Source of the DNA: Euglena gracilis
Taxonomy: Eukaryota
Direction: 5' to 3'
Assembly: GCA_039621445.1 (NCBI GenBank)
Contig: CP154954.1
Location: forward strand, 27,206,123 to 27,270,122
Length of the DNA: 64,000 bases
Shown: positions 38,576 to 49,800 of the stretch, piece by piece
Layout: the number at the start of each line of letters is the position of its first letter
Numbering within the stretch: the stretch's first letter is position 1
Notes under the pieces: generated by a model
What the model was told of the DNA's origin: nothing
Database searches by the model: none
The model's input: only the letters and a program-made list of their open reading frames with translations
Translations under genes and position numbers: made by a program

Positions 38576-41500
38576 GTGGCCCCCCGGCTAGACAGCACAT
38601 CCACTTTTTGGTCTGCAACAATGGCCCCCCAGCCAGCCAGTTCTGCCGGATTCTACAGGCCTGCAACCTTCCCACCTCAGCAAAATAAACTGGACAACCC
38701 CCATGTTCCGTTCCCGCTGACCGGAAGAAACCACCCAACGTCGGCCAAACAAATAAAAGTGCTGGTGCCTGACGTTTCTGCGAAAGACAGCACACAGCCT
38801 ACCCTAGCAGCATCGGGAGGGGCAGGCCGCGGTCGGTCTTTACTGACCTGCGGGGACATTGAGAGTAACCCCGGGCCTCCTACAAACCCACCATCTGTTC
38901 CGGGTGAGGATATTGACATGGCGCCAGCATCACAAACCTCAATCCCTCCTACTGCACCGCCGCCCGCAGAGCACCCGTCGGTGTCGGGTGAGGACGTTGA
39001 CATGGCGCCAGCATCACAAATTTCCATCCCCCCATCCGCACCACCACCCGCAGTGCCACCATTGGAAAGGGGATCTTGGTTCCCAAATCTGCCGGGTCCA
39101 TTGTTCTTTGGCCAACAAGGCCTCCCCTCAATGTGCTCCACGGTCATCATGGAGAACCCAATTGGCACACAAGGACCAGGACCCTTCCCCCCGTCAGATG
39201 TTGGGGCCATTTGGATGCAAGCAAATCAGGCGACACCCTTCCTGAACTTCTCCAACCTCCCTTTGGGAGCCAGCTCTTCAACCTCAGTGACAGCAACCGC
39301 AGCAGCATCGTCACTAGCCCTCGCGGGACCCCCACCAACCTCAGTGGCAACAACCGCAGCAGCATCGTCACCAGCCCCAGCCAGACCCCCACCAACCCCC
39401 ATTGGCCAAAATCACATTGCCGGGGTTACGCCATTCTCTGCTCCATGCCCACCATCCCTTCATCCCACTTTTGAGGAAATTTCTTTTGATGATCGGGGCA
39501 CCCTTGTATACCTGCCGCGTGGAGCCCTCCTGAATGTCAATCAAACCTACCTGCAATTGTTGAGGCATTTCAACAGGGAACCTGGCTGGGAAACCCTGCA
39601 CGCCTTGTGGGCCTTCCCCAAAGCGGTGCTCTGTCCTTTGCAGCGTGGCGGGCGACAGAACTGGGCGATGGTGGGGAGAAAAATTGCAGAACGAGCTCGC
39701 CTGTATCTCACCCGTCCTGTGTTTGATTCTTGGTTGGACTCCAGTCTCCCACAAAAGCCACAAGGCAGACAGACAAGGCAAAAAACAGCACTCGCTGCCA
39801 AGGCCACTGAAGAACGGTTCCTTTCCCGCATTGAAAGCCTTGTTGGCCACGGGGCTATTTCAAAAGCCTGCCGAGAGCTCACCTCTGAGGGGGTTCAGAA
39901 CAGCAATGACCCAAAAGTGATTCAAAGGCTGCGTGACCTTCACCCACCAGAGCCTCCACCGCGCATCCCGGTGTCCGACCCTTCCCAAACGATCACCTTT
40001 CCTTCGGACCCAGAAAGCACAAAAGAACGATTGCAAAATTTGCGCAAAGCTATATTCGGGTTCCCAAAGGATCCGCACCGGGTCCTTCTGGCCTGAGACC
40101 TGACCACCTCAAGGCCATGGTTGGAGACTACCCAGGGGCTTGTGGAGATGACCTCCTCGAAGGGCTTGATACCTTCATCTGTCGGGCAATTACAAACGGT
40201 TTTCACCCCGGCATGGCCCCAATTCTTTCCTCAGCCAGGTTGACACCTCTGCGAAAACAGAACAAACAAACATCAATGGAAGAGGATGCTTTTGGAAACC
40301 TTGTGGAGAACACGGTGTGTGATGAAGACACTCGCCCAATCGCAGAAGGTGAAACCCTTCGCCGATTGGTTGGCAAATGCCTCATGCGTCATCCCACAGT
40401 GGTAAACGCTTTGAAAGAACTGAGTCCTCCACAATGTGGCGTTGGTGTGCCGAATGCTTGTCCACTGATCGCAATGGGAATCCAACAAATGGTGGACACT
40501 TTGCACTCAGACAGAGACATTCGCTGGGGGCTGCTTCAAGTGGATTTCAGGAATGCCTTCAACTCTTTGTCACGGGAAAAAATCCTGCAATCCATCCGTA
40601 GACGATGCCCAGAAGTGTGCCCTTGGCTGGATTCGTGCTACGCCCAACACAGCAAGCTGTATTGTGGAAACCATTGTCTGCCTTCCCAGAGGGGGGCTCA
40701 GCAAGGCGACCCATGTGGACCAGCAGCTTTCGCATGGGGAGTGCAAGACCTTTGTGAGGGCCTCTCACCGTTGGTCGAATGGCAGGGATGGTACTTGGAT
40801 GACGCCCATCTGCTGGGATCGCCAGCCCAACTGCACAATGCCCTTGCCTTCCTGATTCGCGAGGCAGCCACACTTGGATTGGCTGTAAACCCTGCAAAAT
40901 GTCGATTGTGGGGACCAGCGTTCACATCAACAGAAGGCTTCCCTTGCATTCCCCCTGGCACGCCAAACGACAGCCCCTTACATCAAATACCACTGACCGC
41001 CTTTGTTGCTGGTTCTGGTTTGAAAGTTTTGGGGGTCCCTGTCCACCACCCCCAAGATGACCGCTTCTGTAACGAAGTTTGGAGTAAGCGCATTGCAGAC
41101 ATCCGACGTTCTTGCACAGTACTTCAGCACCTACCTCAATCGCATGTGCAATTCACCTTGCTTCGTTTTTGTTTATCTGCTTGCAAAGTGAATGACCTCT
41201 TGCGCGCCTGCAAAATCACCTCTGCAACAGCGGCATGCAAGACATTGTCGGGAATTATTCGGGAAACATTCAGTGGCATGGTCGGCTCCCCTTGCACTCC
41301 AGAAGAATGGTTGCAAGTTTCCCTGGCCATCAGATGTGGTGGACTGGGGATCTCGGATCCACTATTTCAACGTGTGCCAGCCAGATTGTCTCAAGTGGTG
41401 GACTTCTGTCGAAGAGCTCCCTCTGTCTTGGGCCTGCCCGCTGCCTTGGACATCCTTCCCAAAGACACTGACGATTGTTTAGGGACAGCCTCAATGAACT

Positions 41501-42410
41501 TGGTCAAATACCCCCACTGCCACAATGGGCCACTGACAAAAATTTGATTCCCCAGGCACAGTCTCCACACAATTCACAACGTTGGTGGAATCAGCAGAGC
41601 ATGCTTGCCCGCCAGAAAACAATTCGGGACACATTGAATGGACCTGATGCTGTACGCTTTGCAAGCCAATGCCAACCACACGCTATGGCATGGGCCGCTT
41701 TGACACCATCTCAAGGACTCCGCACCCTGTTGCCCACGGCTGAATTCCGCTGCACACTTCGTTGGTCCCTTGGAATGACTCTCACACCAATGGAATCCGA
41801 TCCCAACCTCTGTCCCAAATGCTTTGGACAATCAGATTTTCTCGGACACCACCTCGTTTGCTGCAAATCAAACTTCATCACCCGGCGGCACGGGGCGGTA
41901 CAAGATTTTCTGACAACCACAACACAGAAGGCAGGATTTACAGCCTGTAAAGAACAACGAGCTGATGACCGTTCCCGGCCTGGGGATATCTTCATTCCTC
42001 GCTTGGACAGTGATGGACCCGTTGCAGTGGATGTGACAATCCGCCACACCCTTGCGCAAAGTCATCCGCTGCGAAGTGCAGAGAGCCTTTCACAATGGCA
42101 AACACGTCAAGAGGCTGAAAAGCATGCCAAATATGATGCAACATGCCAACGACTGGGCTGGCGGTTGACGCCATTCGTCATGGATTGTTATGGGGGCAAG
42201 GGACAAGAAGCGCGCTCCTTAATGGCCACCCTCCTCAAGGCCCTTCTGGGGCAGCGGGAAGGGTGGCAGCGGCGGACCGCAGAAGCAGACATTTGGCAAG
42301 GCCTGTCCTTCACACTTATCAGAGAAATCAGCAGACAGCTCGTGTGGAGCTTGTATTCTTCCAGAGATGAGATCACCCTGTCTTCCGCCCACTCACCCTA
42401 TTCTGTCTGA
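38576..42410 (+). pseudogene. CRE-like polyprotein (2A, RT, zinc-binding motif, restriction-like endonuclease), two frameshifts
   Basis: RPIAEGETLRRL, VDFRNAFNS, QQGDPCGP, WYLDD, GGLG, CPKC..HLVCC, RRH, RPGD..AVDVT. Comparison with the 60733 copy shows a 1-nt deletion near 40071; a second shift lies near 41490. Confidence 0.9.
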
Positions 42411-42850
42411 AGGCCTTTGAGCACAAACTCTCAACCAAATCTCACCTGCCAAGTTTTTAACCCCTAGTTACCCCCTGAGCTGAGCAGAGCCACACGCCGA
42501 GCCAAAGACACATATCACATAGACACACAGAGAAGCAAAACACAACAAAAGCCAAAACCCGACACAAACACGCCATCCCGTGGCAAAAGCGGTACAAACG
42601 CCCCCCCCCCGCCCAAAATATATATTGAAGGTGACCTTTGCTCATCTTCCGCTAACCACTGACCTCCACAACAAGTATCACTCAGTGGCTCCTTTGTACA
42701 TTACACCCACAGTATAATCTACCCGCGACCTGTGGCGGCACAGGGAGTCACAAGGGGGTTCCTCTTGTGGCGAGGGCCAAAAGAGACGTTTCCCTGGGCC
42801 CGGGGCACGGTTTGGGTGAAGCTGTGCTACCCACCGTGAACTTATAAAAG

Positions 42851-42875
42851 TCTGAGTGTCTATTTTTTTTGTTCG
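42851..42875 (+). other. Euglenid spliced-leader exon, second copy
   Basis: TCTGAGTGTCTATTTTTTTTGTTCG followed by CATATCATG, the same context as 37470. Confidence 0.85.
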
Positions 42876-44426
42876 CATATCATGTCGGACAACTGAAAGC
42901 CCCTGGTGGGGTTCAAGCTTTGAACTACCTGAAGTTCCAACCTACAATTCAAGTCATTGAAGTATTGAATTTATTGAAGTCTACAAGTCCGAACGAAGTA
43001 CAGTACAGAGAAGAGAACTACTGGCGTGGTTCATCACCGTGCGGTTGTTGCAGCAGTACAACATCATCTGCTACACTAGTTGGCTGTTCCACTATACTTT
43101 GCTGTACCGCCTGTGCTGTAACGTAGCGTTCACTGTTCCAACCCGCACTGTGGCCCCAGGGACCCTGGGGCCTTACAAACATTTCACAGAGTCGGCCACA
43201 GGGCCCCAGACTTTTGCCATGATGCTCCCAAAATTTGCCCCAGGGCTAAACACATTTCAAGCCAAAACTGGCACAAAAAAGTTTTTCACAGATGTGGCCC
43301 CAGGGCCCAAGGCTTCAGCCATGATGCTGTCAAATTTTGCCACAGGGCTCAACACATTTCCAGCCAAATCTGGCACAGAAAAGTTTTTTACAAATGTGAC
43401 CACAGCCCACCTCTTCAGCCAAAAACGCATGGCAACGGCTAGCCTCGCCACCTCACTGGGCAGAGTCGGAGGAAAAACAGACACGCTGCCGTTCTGCAAA
43501 AAAACACTCCAAGAGAAGAGCCCGACATGTCGCAGTGCCCACTCAGCCCCACAGAAAGCGCAGGGGTCAAATGAGACCGAGTCTGAAAACCCATGGCGAA
43601 AACGAGACGTCTGCTCCAGGCGCCAGGGCATCTCGGAAGCCAGTGAACAGCTCCGACCAGAGGGAGGCGGCAATCTCCGGCTGTGGCCATCAAGGTCAAA
43701 AATCCGCAAAACACGATGCGGCCGAACGGCCAGTGCCTACCTCGTCCAAGGATTTGGGCCCGACGGAGAGCGACCGCGCCGCTGGCGTGAGGCCCCGTGC
43801 CGCTGCCCCCCGGACCTACCGCTCCGGCCAAGGTGTGGCATTCGAGGTGAACACGGAGACCAAGCCCTGCAGCCCGCCAACCAGCCGGGCCGCCCCCACC
43901 TAAATTTGGCCGGAGGAGGGCGCGGCCAAGGCCCCTTTAAAACATCCCCAAGCTCCAAAAGTGCCCCCTGCCGATGGACGGCATCCTCATCAGCGGCCGA
44001 CCTTCAGGCTGTGGAAGCTCCAGTTTCCGCGCACGCCCGAAGGGGCAGAGGCGAGGACTTGCTGTCCTCAGGGGACGTGGAAGCAAATCCTGGACCGGAA
44101 ACCCCCGGTGGCCCTGATGCCATGCAGTTCGATTTTCAGGACGATCCGACGCGCACCGTGGGCTTCCTGATGGCCACGACCTTCCCCCCCATCCAACCGG
44201 GCCCAATGGTCCCAACCTCCTCACAGGACGCACGGGATTTACAGGATCTCCTCCAACGGCTGATCAGTAGGCCGCCCCCCGAGGTGGCATTGGATCAACC
44301 CAGATCAAGAGGACCGAGCGCCCTTGCTGGTTTGGAAGACCTGAAGCTCAAAGTGTTGCGAAGCGTCTTGCTCAGCAGGTTGCACTGTGGGACAGATAGG
44401 TTTACAGGGGTTGCCCGGAGAAGGTT

Positions 44427-45115
44427 TGTACGGGATAACCCCCTTTGCTGCTCCGCTTGTTCCAGGTCCGTGGGGTCTCCCTGTCCCCGCGTAGGATCGA
44501 TTACCCTGCCCAGTTGAATTTCAATTCCCCGCGCGGCCTTTGTTAAAAATTGTTTCATTTTCTGGGTTAAAAAGACCTTTTTCCTTTTTGGGGTTGGTGT
44601 TGGGTGGGTCCTTGGGGGGTCACAAATCGGGTGTAAAACACCTGTAAGTCTTGCTCAAAGCAGCGAAATGCGTTCAAATTGGTGGTCGTGGTCAGTGAAG
44701 GTCTTCGGTGCTGGCGAACTGGCGCTTCTTAGGCACACCAGCAGCAACAACTCCTGCTTCAGGCTTCACTTCAGATCACAGGACCAATGCTTGAACAGAT
44801 AATCAACTTCCACTCCAATGAAATCTTGACAAACTTGAATTGGCTTGAAACTTGAACCAAATAGGCCAATGGCAAATAGATAATCAGCTTGAGCAAGGAC
44901 AGTAGTGACAGAGCCCTGTGGGAGTCAGTGGTCAAAATGTGGCCAGGGGTTAAAATTCAGTTAGGAGGGGGTTATCCTAATTGTTTCATCATTGAAACAG
45001 TAGGCCCCTGGTTGGGTCAAGTCCCCTGGTTAGTTCTGTGGCGCCCGGGTTAGCTTTTAAGGTCAGCGCCTGAGGTTAACTAACTCACCAGGGCACTCAG
45101 CACCCCTGACTCACA
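44427..45115 (-). repeat. 3' LTR
   Basis: Direct repeat of 56641-57329, preceded on minus by the polypurine tract. Confidence 0.96.
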
Positions 45116-45126
45116 CTCCCCTTCCC
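45116..45126 (-). other. Polypurine tract
   Basis: GGGAAGGGGAG immediately before the 3' LTR on minus. Confidence 0.85.
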
Positions 45127-46844
45127 AAGGAGTTGTCTACAACTCTTTTCGACTCACTTAGGAAGGGGTGCGGAGTGCGTTTGTTGTAAGGGGGCTGGGC
45201 TGTTCCTGTTTTTGGTCTCAGGTTTGTTCCTCCTCGGGGGGGGGGGCTGGCCTGGTTCTTTTTTTTTTTTTTTGGTGGCTGTCCCCCCCCCAGGTTCCTT
45301 GTCGTGGGGGGGGGGGGCAGGCGCCGGGGCTGGCCTGGCCCTCTTTTTTTCTTTTTTTTTGCCAAGGGGGGGGGGCAGCTCCCGTTCGGGGGTTCCGCCC
45401 CCGCCTGCCAAGCGGTCAGTTGCCGGTCAGGGGCAAACTTTTACAAAGTTCAAGCGAAGGCTGAGTCAGGGTCTTTCGGTTAAAATCAAGCTGGGACAGG
45501 GCCAGTTTTTCTTTTTTTTTTTTCAGGGTCAGGTGGCAGGTTCCTCCACGTTTGGTCCACGGGGGGGGTCTGCCTTTTTCTTGTGGGGGGGGCAGTTGGC
45601 TGGCCCCGTTTTTTTTGTTTTTTTTTCTCAGCCTCGGTGGCGCACTCCCCCCAGGTCCAGGTCCTGAACGGGGGGGGGGCAGGCAAACGCTGCCTACCTC
45701 AGCCAGAAGGCCGTTTTCAATTCTTCTTTATACTCCCGGGGTGTATCCTGGCACCCCGGATCTGTCCGGCGTGGGGGGGGGCAGCAGGCTCCTTAATGCC
45801 CCTTTTCCGCTCCACCCCCCTCTCTTTCGCCAAACGTCTGTGTAGTTGAAAAATGCACAAATTAAGCGGAGGGCTGGGTTTCAGTTGAGCCCTCTACGCT
45901 CTGGGTCAGACCAGGTGTGGCCAACCCAGGTTCTGGTTTCTTTTTCTTTCTTTGCAGGTCCGGGGCTGCCCCCCCCCTCTAGGCCCTTCGTAGCCGGGGG
46001 GGGGGCAGGCGTCAAGCGCTGCCCACGGTCTGTTTTGGGGGGGGGGCAGTTGGCTGGGCCCCCCATCTTTTCCTTTCTTGTCTTTTTTTTTCTTTTCTTT
46101 TTGCTTTTTTTTTAAAAAAAAATCTCTGCCCCAACCTTAGGCTGCCCGTGGGGGGGAACCCAGGCCCTCGCTGAGGGAGGGGGGGGGCACCCTAGGTTCA
46201 GTGTGGGGGGAGCACCCCAGGTTCAGCGTGGGGGGGGGGGGCTCCAGGTTCAGTGTGGGACAGCTTCCCTTCCCACTGCGGTTGAAGAAACGGTCTGAGA
46301 GCTCTGGACAGGTAAAGGGGGGGGGGCTGCGAGGGGGCAGCCCGAACCAATATGGGGGTGGGGGGGGAAGGGAGCCTCCGGGGGGGAGCTAGCCCCAGAG
46401 GTCGCGGAGGTACCAGGGGGTGGGGGGGCGTGGGGGCGGGTCGTTGTCGGAGGAGGAGGAGGAGGTCGGCGACGCCGGGGGGGACGGGCTCCGCTCCGGA
46501 GTCCCGAGGTAGAGGGGGGGGGGGGGGGTGTCGTTGTTGGGGTGGGCTGGGGTGGTATTGGGGTGGGTGTAGGCTGGGTAGGGGTGGGTGTGGTCTTTCT
46601 CCAGCAGGTGGCGGGGGGGAGCTCGGCCTCGAGGGCCTTGCGTAGGGGTGGGGGTAGAATTGTGGGGATGATGAAGTCGGGGGTTGGGGGTGGTTGGTAT
46701 GGGGGAGGGGGTGGGCGTCGAAGGGGTTGAGGTTGAAAGTAGGGGTGGTGATGTTGGGGTTGTTGGTGTAGGTGTTGGCGTTGTGGACGTCGATGTCGGG
46801 GCATCTGTGAGGAAATGTGGGGATGATGAAGACAAGGAACCTTG

Positions 46845-49800
46845 TCACTTCATCAATTCCAACAATTCCTTGACGTCCAAATCCACCCCGTTCTCCACAC
46901 AATAGGCAACCACGTCCTTGTTGATTCTGAAGAAGAAATTCCCCAGTGGTTCCCATTGGTCCTCTTCTGGCCCAAATCCTTTCCACCGCCCCAAAATTCC
47001 GTCTTCCCGTTTTCATGTCGGTGGTTGAGCACCCTTTCCACCTCCCACTCGTCGGGTCCAACCTCCAGTTCTTGTGCTTTCCCACACCAAAAATACAAAG
47101 GCACGGGGGTGGTCGAGTAAAGGTCTTCCACGTGTGGTTTCAGTTGGGAACGGTGGGCTGGTTGTCGCTTCCCCGGCTGAAGCTCCACCACATAGGAGTG
47201 GTCTCCCACTCTTTCCAAAACCACCGCTGGCCCTTTCCACCTGGGTTCCAACTTGTCGGTTCCAGGCTGTCGTTCAGGTTGGTACCAAACCTTGGAACCA
47301 ATCTGAAGGGCTGGGGGTTCACGTCGTTTCTGGTTCACAGCCTCTTTCCGAGCCTCCAGTTTTTCATTGAGCGTTTGGGCCACCCACCTGTCTTGTTCCT
47401 TCATTCGCTTGAGGAATTCGGTTGCACCTTCAGCCTCCCGCTGTGGTTTGTGCGGAATCCCACACAACGGTCGGTGCCGCCCAAAAACAATTTCATAAGG
47501 GGACAATCCAGCCTCACCCGGCACGTCGTGAATGGCTCTCAGGGCCCGTGGGAGGAGTTCCACCTACGGGAGACTGCCGGCTACAGCCAGTTTTGCAAGT
47601 TTCCGCATTACCTGCTGCCCGGCTACCTCTGCCCTTCCGTTCGCCTGATGGTGGTAAGCCTGTCCATAGGCAACCCTTACACCGTGTGCTGCGCACAGAG
47701 TTTTCCACCAGGCTGCTATGAACTGTGGACCCCTGTCGGAACTCACCACCGAGGGGATTCCGAACAGATCCCACTGTCGAAACATTTCCTTGGCCACCTT
47801 TTCTGCTGTGAGACCCTTGTTAAGATGGGGGGTAGCAACCATCCACCCACTCAATCGGTCCACACAAAGTGCCAAAGTGTCGTACCGTTTCCCTTCAAAA
47901 GTGGTTTCCGGTAGTGCAAAAAGTTCGACCGCCACGCTGTCCATCAGGTGGGGCGGGACCGGTGTTGGTTGTATCGGACACTTGAAAGGTTGATGGTTCG
48001 GCTCAGTGACCTGACACGTTTCACACATCCCCATCATTTTGCTGGTCAGTTTTTTTGCGTGTTGATGGTCAGCGAAAAGAAACCACCGACCCATCTGATC
48101 CCATAGCCGTTCAGCCCCTGGGTGTCCCGCCGCTTCGTGGTGTTCCCTGATGACCCTCCCCGTGACATCCCTTGGTACACACAAGAGTCCGTGTTTGAAG
48201 AGCCTTCCGTTTTCAAATCGGAAGCCCTCAGGCCATTCTTTGAACCCCGAATCCTCCAACCCCTTGAGCACAGGGCCCCACTTGGGGCACCCGCTGTACC
48301 CGCTCCTCCAGTCCTCGTCCATCACCGACTGCGACCCTGTCGGTGGAAGCTCCGGGGCGTGCACTCCCCTTGATGGAGGTCCCACAGGCAGGCTCGTCGA
48401 AGATGAGGGACGCTGCGCGTCCTCGAGTCCGTCCTCCCTTGGACTTGCTGTTTTTGGAGGGTCCACAGGGTCCTCTTCCAAGGTTCTTCGCCTAGGGGGG
48501 TCTTCCTCTGTGGCTGTCCTCTTGGCCATTTCTTTTTCTGGGGTTCCCTTTTCTTGTGTGCCTTCGGTGTCCCTGTCCTTGGGTTTTGAAGTTTTTGAAA
48601 TTTTTTCTGGGGGGGTCTCCTTCCCTGGTGTGACTTTACTCGTTGTGGCCGAATCCTCACCAGTCTTGGCCCCTCCCCTTGTTGTGACGGCCACAACGAG
48701 GGGTGGGTCTCCCAAATTTTTCTGTGCCCGCAGCAATTCCTTCATCGAAACCACTGAGCAGCCCCTTTCCTCCTTCCTTTCCTGTTCGATTATTTCTTGC
48801 ATGAGGCGGTCATCCTCCTCACTGCCGTGCACACTGACGTCGGCAAACGCCTGTGAGGCGGGATAGGCCCACCTGCTCAAGGCGTCAGCCACCACGTTGT
48901 CCTTCCCAGGTACGTAGGCCACCGTGATATCAAATTTTGAAAGGAGTTCGTGCCATCTGGCCCTACGTCCCGACAACCCTGTGGCTGTGTCCAGGTTTTC
49001 TGTGGCCCAGGACTCGATTGCCTTGTGATCGGTCAGGACCAGCACCGGTTGCATACCGATCCATGAGGCCCATTTCTGAAGGGCCAGGATCACCGCGTAT
49101 GTCTCCTTGTCCCGTGGTGTCCAAGTCCTGACCTGTCCCGGTGCCAATTTCCGTGAACAAAATGCCACTGGGGCCGTTTTCTTGGTCTGTGCCGTTGTGG
49201 TGTCCGGTTTCCCCAATCCATCCTCCACAAACTGCTCCAAGGCAGCCCCCACAGCCCTGCCACTGGCATCCACTCGGAGGATGAATGGCTTGTCGGGGTT
49301 GACCGTTTGCAGTTTGAGGCTGCCCAACAGTTTGTCCTTGATGGCCTGGAACGCCTTGCGTTCCTTCTCCCCGAAAAACACAGGCATCTGGCTCCCCTTT
49401 TTTCCCAGTCCCTTTTTCACCTTGAGTTTTTCCATCAGGTCCGCTGCCAGCTCCGCGTATCCTGGGATGTAGGAGGAGTAGTAGTTGGTGAATCCCAGGA
49501 AGGCGCGGAGGGCTGTGATGGTTTTCGGTTCTTCCCACTTTTCCAGGGCCATCAGTTTTCCTGGGGCCGGTCTCCGTTGTCCTCCCCCCAGGATGTGTCC
49601 GCAGAATTCCACTTCATGGACAAAAAACTTACATTTTTTGATGTCGGCTACGAGCAGCTGTTTCTTGAGTGCCTCCATGACTCTGCGGATGTCCTTGTCG
49701 TGCTGGAGGATTGTTGCCTCTTCCGTTCCCTGCCAAACTGTGCCTACGATGACGTCATCTACGTAGTGGTTGGCAATGTCTGCGACCTCCTCCAGGCTGT

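Larger units (their letters stand above)
37470..42850 (+). mobile_element. Full-length CRE-like non-LTR retrotransposon (RT + RLE), copy 1
   Basis: SL, 5' tandem repeats, 2A peptide, RT and RLE ORF, and a 3' UTR ending in a hairpin (CACGG..TGGGT...ACCCACCGTG). Confidence 0.9.

Noticed and set aside
47924-47930. Integrase first catalytic Asp appears as Glu (VAVELF), read as a novel active site
   Set aside because: A single substitution in a copy with other lesions; cannot be interpreted without sibling copies.
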